A DNA stretch of 34,892 bases from an uncultured Lachnospiraceae bacterium (GTDB lineage: Bacteria > Bacillota > Clostridia > Oscillospirales > CAG-272): assembly GCA_964579815.1 (NCBI GenBank), contig CAZOHP010000004.1, positions 1 to 34,892 on the forward strand. Reading direction: 5' to 3'. Under the pieces are notes generated by a model, which searched no databases, had not been told where the DNA came from, and was given only the letters and a program-made list of their open reading frames with translations. The position numbers were made by a program, and so were the translations under genes. This document shows positions 29,882 through 34,892 of the stretch, piece by piece. Within the stretch, counting starts at the first letter, position 1, and each line of letters opens with the position of its first letter.

Positions 29882-31549
29882 TCAACTGTTTAATAGACCT
29901 TTAACAGCATCCGTATAATCCTCAATCACAATGTAACTGCCGTCGCCGCGATCTTCCAGTAAAATATCGCCGAAGATATCAACCGCAATGTTATTGATTT
30001 GCTCGGCAACGGCATCGGGAAGCATTCCGGCGTCACGTGCGATCCGAAGTTGATCGTTTGGATTTTTCTCCAGTGCGGCAAGCAAAAAAGCATGATATTT
30101 TTGTAGTCTTGCCACAGCAGAAACATTTTCCTGCGAGGAATTCAATGCGTCCTCAAGTTTGGGTGTTGATATCGTTAACGGTTGATCCTGTTCTCGGTTT
30201 CCTTCGTCATCAAACGCCTCCACTAATTGTTGTGTAACCGCCCATGAGGACTGTTCAATTTCAAAGGCGTGCTCCGGTGAGAGCGCTGTCTTGGGAAGAT
30301 CGTAAAGCGCCTCGTAGTCGGGACGAGCAGATTCAATCTTTGCCGTAGAACGACGTGAAAGAAACTCGACGGCAAAATAATCATCCAATATCTTCTTGAT
30401 TTGATCCGGCAGCGCGTATATACTCAGTTTTGATTTAATTCCAAAGTACGAGCGCAACTTGTTTTCGGTATATTTAACGATATCGGTAATCAAAAAGCGC
30501 AATTCATGCGAGCGATTAAACGAGCAATAATCAACTTCAATACGTCGTTTCATATCATTTGAGCACAAAGCGCCGATAAAAGTATCCCGACTGAGCGTGG
30601 ATTTTTGCATTTTGGTATTGGCCAAAGTCGCGCTTTTTTGCCCGATTTCCCGTAATACCGCCGACAAGGCGGCCGGGATATGGCGGTTAAGCGCCATAGC
30701 TCGTTCGCCACCGGCAAGATATAGTTTGCTTTTGCGGTAATCGTAATTTGTGCAAAACAGCAAATATATTTGCGCATCCTGTGTGGCATCATCGCCGGTC
30801 GGACATGCGTAAAATTCCTTGAACGAACTTTGTTCGGCGATGATACGCAATGAACCCGTCAATATTTCTCCCGGTGGCGGCAGTTGATGAATTAGGCTAT
30901 AATCGCAAATCCAATCGGCCAAATAGCGATTGAGCAGCGGATAAGTGTCACGATAGCGTTTCCATATGCGACACAGCATTGTTTGTCCTTCCGATGGCGG
31001 AATTTTATCGGGCAAATTGATGATTTCAAACAAGTAGAGAAAAATATAACTGTAATCGGTTTCAAGGTATTCACCTGCCCGAACACGATCACGCCAATAC
31101 AGATACCAAGCCAATTGTGCATGATTCATTTGATCATATTGTGGCATATAGGAAAAAAACGGAACGCTCTCACAAGATTTACCGTGACGGTAAAACAACT
31201 GCTCTGCAGTGACGCAAAAACGCTCGTAAAAGCGAAAATTTGAACGCCAACGATATAATCTGACCTCGCGTATAAGCGGATGCGGCGGTGTATAGGTGAC
31301 ATCGGGAGCGGTAATTTGCCGACCATCGGTTCGATCGGAAAGCGAGTCGTTTGATGTGACGGAAGCGAGCGGAGCATCTCGGACAACATCTGTCGGCTGC
31401 TGTGATGGCACAGAGGGGGAAAATTCCAGTTCGACCGTATTTATATGAGAGGGGGGATTTCGCCGCGGCAATTGTATCTTTGACTTGAGTGGCAAAAGGT
31501 TTTCTATGTCCCAAAAATCATCCAACTCGTGATCTCGTTTGTTTTGCAC
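29882..31549 (-). CDS. sngA: TerB N-terminal / TerB-C domain protein (Shango SngA-like)
   Basis: TerB_N signature PFFSYMPQYDQM...WYLYWR...DYSYIFLYLFEIIN and TerB_C signature GMLPDAVAEQINNIAVDIFGDILLE. Start set at GTG 31549 after SD GGAGG. Confidence 0.82.
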   Translation of the reverse strand: MQNKRDHELDDFWDIENLLPLKSKIQLPRRNPPSHINTVELEFSPSVPSQQPTDVVRDAPLASVTSNDSLSDRTDGRQITAPDVTYTPPHPLIREVRLYRWRSNFRFYERFCVTAEQLFYRHGKSCESVPFFSYMPQYDQMNHAQLAWYLYWRDRVRAGEYLETDYSYIFLYLFEIINLPDKIPPSEGQTMLCRIWKRYRDTYPLLNRYLADWICDYSLIHQLPPPGEILTGSLRIIAEQSSFKEFYACPTGDDATQDAQIYLLFCTNYDYRKSKLYLAGGERAMALNRHIPAALSAVLREIGQKSATLANTKMQKSTLSRDTFIGALCSNDMKRRIEVDYCSFNRSHELRFLITDIVKYTENKLRSYFGIKSKLSIYALPDQIKKILDDYFAVEFLSRRSTAKIESARPDYEALYDLPKTALSPEHAFEIEQSSWAVTQQLVEAFDDEGNREQDQPLTISTPKLEDALNSSQENVSAVARLQKYHAFLLAALEKNPNDQLRIARDAGMLPDAVAEQINNIAVDIFGDILLEDRGDGSYIVIEDYTDAVKGLLNS

Positions 31550-31619
31550 ATCTTCCCCTCCCCTCATACTAATACATTGACATGTGATATTTATATCTTG
31601 CAAATTATATCAACGAAGA

Positions 31620-34600
31620 TTAAAACATGCTGATCTGATCTGTCTCGGTCAAATGATCCAGCACACCGTTGCGACGCATGTTCTCAATTACACTCTTGTT
31701 AAGTTTTGCACGTACTTGCAAGTCTTCAATCGAAAAGAACGGTTCGGCTGTTCTGGCCTCGACAATATGTTCGGCCGCATTTTCACCAAGACCGCCAAGC
31801 GCCGAAAACGGCAGACGAATGGCCTTGTCGCCTTCGGGGCGGTAGCAACGCGCATCCGAAATGTTGATATCGATGGGCAAAAACTTGATGCCGCGCGCAT
31901 ATGCTTCCATCACAAGTTGGAATGTCGAAACGGAACTTTGTTCTTTGGGAGTCGCCTCCTTGCCACGCTTTTCGATGTCCTTGATATAGTTTTCTACATA
32001 TTTTTTCCCGCGCATAACGATCTCGGCGTCAAAACCGTTGGGTGCCACGGTAAACATGGCCGCATAGAACACGGTAGGCATGTATATCTTGTACCATCCG
32101 AGTCGGATTGCCGACATGACATAGGCCGCCGCATGCGCCTTGGGAAACATGTATTTGATTTTTTTACATGATCCGATATACCATTCCGGTACATTATGTG
32201 CGCGCATTTCCGCTTCCCATTCGGGTGTCAGTCCTTTTCCCTTTCGAACACTTTCCATGATCTTAAAGGCCAACGCATTTTCCAAACCATAGCGGATCAA
32301 ATCGAGCATGATGCCGTCGCGACATCCGATTACTTTGGAAATATCGCATATTCCATCTTTGATCAGATCCTGCGCATTGCCCAACCACACATCCGTACCG
32401 TGCGTTAGGCCGGAAATCTGAAGCAAATCGGCAAAATTTTGTGGTTTTGCATCCAGAAGCACCTGCTGGAGAAAGCGGGTTCCCATCTCGGGAATTCCCC
32501 ATGTTCCCACTTGGCAACCGCCGATGTCCTCGGGACGAATGCCGAGCGGTGCGGTAGAGGTAAACAACTCGTAAATGGACTTGTCGTTCATCTTCACATC
32601 CATAACACTGGTGTTTGAGTAACGCTCGAGCCATTTGTATTTGGTTGGAATATCGTGACCGAGTTCGTCAAGTTTGAGTAGCGTGTCGTGTAGATATTCA
32701 AAAGTAAAATGAGTGGTAACAATATCAGAGGCAGGGTCATCGGCAGGGTGTTGCACCGGGCAAAAATCATATATCTCGTATTCTCGCGGCACAACGACAA
32801 TGCCGCCGGGGTGCTGTCCCGTTGTTCGCTTAACTCCGACGCAGGAGGCAACCAAGCGATTCATGTCGGCGCGCGAAACCGATACGCCCTTTTCATCCAA
32901 ATATTTGGCAACAAAACCATATGCCGTTTTGTCGGCAAGTTCTCCGATTGTGCCCGCGCGAAAAACATTTTCCGCGCCAAACAAATCCTCGGTATATTTA
33001 TGCACCTTTCCCTGTACTTCGCCGGAAAAGTTAAGGTCGATATCGGGAGATTTGTCGCCATAGAAACCCAAAAAGGTCTCAAATGGGATATCGTGACCAT
33101 CGCCGAGCAATCTCGTGCCGCATTCGGGACAATCAACGTCCGGTAAGTCAAAGCCGGAGCCGACGGAGCCGTCTGTGAAGAACTTGGAATATCGGCATTT
33201 TGGACAATGATAGTGCGGTGGTAACGGGTTGACCTCCGAAATTCCCGCACAGGATGCAACAAAGGAGGAGCCGACGGAGCCTCGCGAACCGACAAGATAC
33301 CCCTGGCTCTCGCTGTACCAAACCAGTTTTTGTGCAATCATATACAGCACGGCAAAACCGTTTTTGATAATGGAAGTCAGTTCCTTATCCAATCTGTCGT
33401 GGACGATCGGTGGTAGCGGATTGCCGTATATTTTTTCCGCGTGCTCATAGCAAATACGCTGCAGATCTTCCTCCGCTCCGTCCATATGAGGAGTAAAAGT
33501 TCCTTTGGGAAACGGGCGAATACCGTCTTCAATCATGTCGGCAATCTTGTTGGTATTGGTCACGACGACCTCATACGCCTTATCTTTACCCAAGTAAGAA
33601 AATTCCTCAAGCATTTCCTCGGTGGTTCGCAAATATAAGTGAATGTCTCTGTCATAATCCTTGAATTTCATACCGGCAAGCAAAATCTTGCGTCCGATCT
33701 CATCTTCGTCATTGAGAAAATGGGCGTCGCATGTCGCCACAACAGGCTTGTTGTATTTCTCTCCCAAAGCCACAATGCGACGGTTAAGATCACGTAAGCC
33801 CTCTTCGTCCTTAATCTTTCCCTCGGCGATCATGAAGGCGTTGTTACAAATGGGTTGAATCTCAAGATAATCATAGAAATTGACAATCTCCTCAATGGCG
33901 GTCTCTGTTTTGTTATCCAGGATAGCCTGCATCAACTCACCTGCCTCACAAGCAGAACCGACAATGAGCCCCTCCCTGTATTTCTCCAATTCCGTCTTGG
34001 GAATACGAGGCTGACGGCGGTAGTATTTCAAATAACTGAACGAAATGAGACGATACAAATTTTTTAATCCCACTTTATTTTTGACCAACAGAACTTGGTG
34101 ATACGTCTTAAGTTTGAGTGGATCGGTGTTGGCCAGCATATCTCGTTGCAGCGTTTCAAAATCATGGATATCCGATTCATGCAAATGCTCTATCATGCAG
34201 AAAAGGATCATAGCCAGCATTTCGGCATCATCCGAAGCACGGTGGTGGTGGAAATCCCCCAGGTTGTAGCGTTTGGCGATTGTATCCAATTTGTGATTTT
34301 TGATATCGGGGTTGACAAAGCGCGACAGTGCCACTGTGTCCAGATACGGATTGGTAAATTCCAACCCGCATTGCTCGGCAAAATAGCGAATAAATCCGAT
34401 ATCAAAGTTAGCGTTATGTGCGATCAGTAATTTTTTTTCGACGCTCTGCCCGTCACCGATAAAATCAAAAAACAATTGCAACGCTTCCTTGGTTTTCGGC
34501 GCTCCTTTGACCATATCATCGGTAATGGAGGTCAGTTCGGTAATTTCGGGCGGGATGGGTATTTCCGGGTCAACAAAAGTATCAAAGCGCTCCAGCACTT

Positions 34601-34892
34601 CACCGTCGCGAATGCGCACAGCACCGATCTCGGTGATCTTACAAGTAGAGGTTGAAAGGCCCGTTGTCTCAATATCAAACACAATCATCTCATCCTCAAA
34701 ACTGCCTTTAAACTCTCCCGATATCACACCGGCAGTATCGTTGACAAAATAGGCTTCGAGACCGTAGATCACTTTTTGCCCCAATTTTTCCGAAGCAAGC
34801 ATTGCTTTTTGATATGCTTGTACATTACCGTGATCGGTAATGGCGATGGCGGGCATTCCCCATCGGTTGGCTGTTTTGACCGCTTCATCCGG
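31620..34892 (-). CDS. polC: DNA polymerase III PolC-type alpha subunit, 5'-truncated by window edge
   Basis: PHP motif AITDHG, exonuclease motifs FDIETTG, AHNANFD and HHRASDD, plus GSRGSVGSS, PDIDLNFSG and FPKAHAAAY. The frame is open to the window end. Confidence 0.98.
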   Translation of the reverse strand, partial: PDEAVKTANRWGMPAIAITDHGNVQAYQKAMLASEKLGQKVIYGLEAYFVNDTAGVISGEFKGSFEDEMIVFDIETTGLSTSTCKITEIGAVRIRDGEVLERFDTFVDPEIPIPPEITELTSITDDMVKGAPKTKEALQLFFDFIGDGQSVEKKLLIAHNANFDIGFIRYFAEQCGLEFTNPYLDTVALSRFVNPDIKNHKLDTIAKRYNLGDFHHHRASDDAEMLAMILFCMIEHLHESDIHDFETLQRDMLANTDPLKLKTYHQVLLVKNKVGLKNLYRLISFSYLKYYRRQPRIPKTELEKYREGLIVGSACEAGELMQAILDNKTETAIEEIVNFYDYLEIQPICNNAFMIAEGKIKDEEGLRDLNRRIVALGEKYNKPVVATCDAHFLNDEDEIGRKILLAGMKFKDYDRDIHLYLRTTEEMLEEFSYLGKDKAYEVVVTNTNKIADMIEDGIRPFPKGTFTPHMDGAEEDLQRICYEHAEKIYGNPLPPIVHDRLDKELTSIIKNGFAVLYMIAQKLVWYSESQGYLVGSRGSVGSSFVASCAGISEVNPLPPHYHCPKCRYSKFFTDGSVGSGFDLPDVDCPECGTRLLGDGHDIPFETFLGFYGDKSPDIDLNFSGEVQGKVHKYTEDLFGAENVFRAGTIGELADKTAYGFVAKYLDEKGVSVSRADMNRLVASCVGVKRTTGQHPGGIVVVPREYEIYDFCPVQHPADDPASDIVTTHFTFEYLHDTLLKLDELGHDIPTKYKWLERYSNTSVMDVKMNDKSIYELFTSTAPLGIRPEDIGGCQVGTWGIPEMGTRFLQQVLLDAKPQNFADLLQISGLTHGTDVWLGNAQDLIKDGICDISKVIGCRDGIMLDLIRYGLENALAFKIMESVRKGKGLTPEWEAEMRAHNVPEWYIGSCKKIKYMFPKAHAAAYVMSAIRLGWYKIYMPTVFYAAMFTVAPNGFDAEIVMRGKKYVENYIKDIEKRGKEATPKEQSSVSTFQLVMEAYARGIKFLPIDINISDARCYRPEGDKAIRLPFSALGGLGENAAEHIVEARTAEPFFSIEDLQVRAKLNKSVIENMRRNGVLDHLTETDQISMF

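Overview
A chromosomal segment from a Firmicute, probably Clostridia, judged from PolC, long-form HPF and SigA-type promoters with Gram-positive SD sites. Left part: cell-wall amidase (5'-truncated), ligA, hpf, asd, a PHP phosphoesterase, tRNA-Tyr(GTA) and an orphan beta-propeller glycoside hydrolase. A long minus-strand block follows, read in transcription order: a Liv-type ABC transporter (livKHMGF) runs directly into a complete shikimate/Phe/Tyr cluster (tyrA, small ORF, aroF, pheA, aroB, aroC, aroE-aroK fusion, aroQ, aroA), then ung and a XerC-like recombinase. Right part: a flavodoxin-like gene, prs, two small genes, a three-gene Shango-like system (TerB-N/C protein, DUF2791 ATPase, Lhr-like helicase) and polC (5'-truncated). 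Most notable: (1) an apparent ribosome-mediated attenuator upstream of the liv-aro superoperon, with a 119-codon leader ORF ending in a Phe/Tyr-rich cluster and mutually exclusive 1:2, 2:3 and 3:4 helices; (2) a perfect AT-rich palindrome near the xer gene that may be a dif site; (3) a Shango-like module sitting in housekeeping context right behind polC. No CRISPR array, rRNA or IS element was seen. All family assignments come from motif recognition, not database searches.
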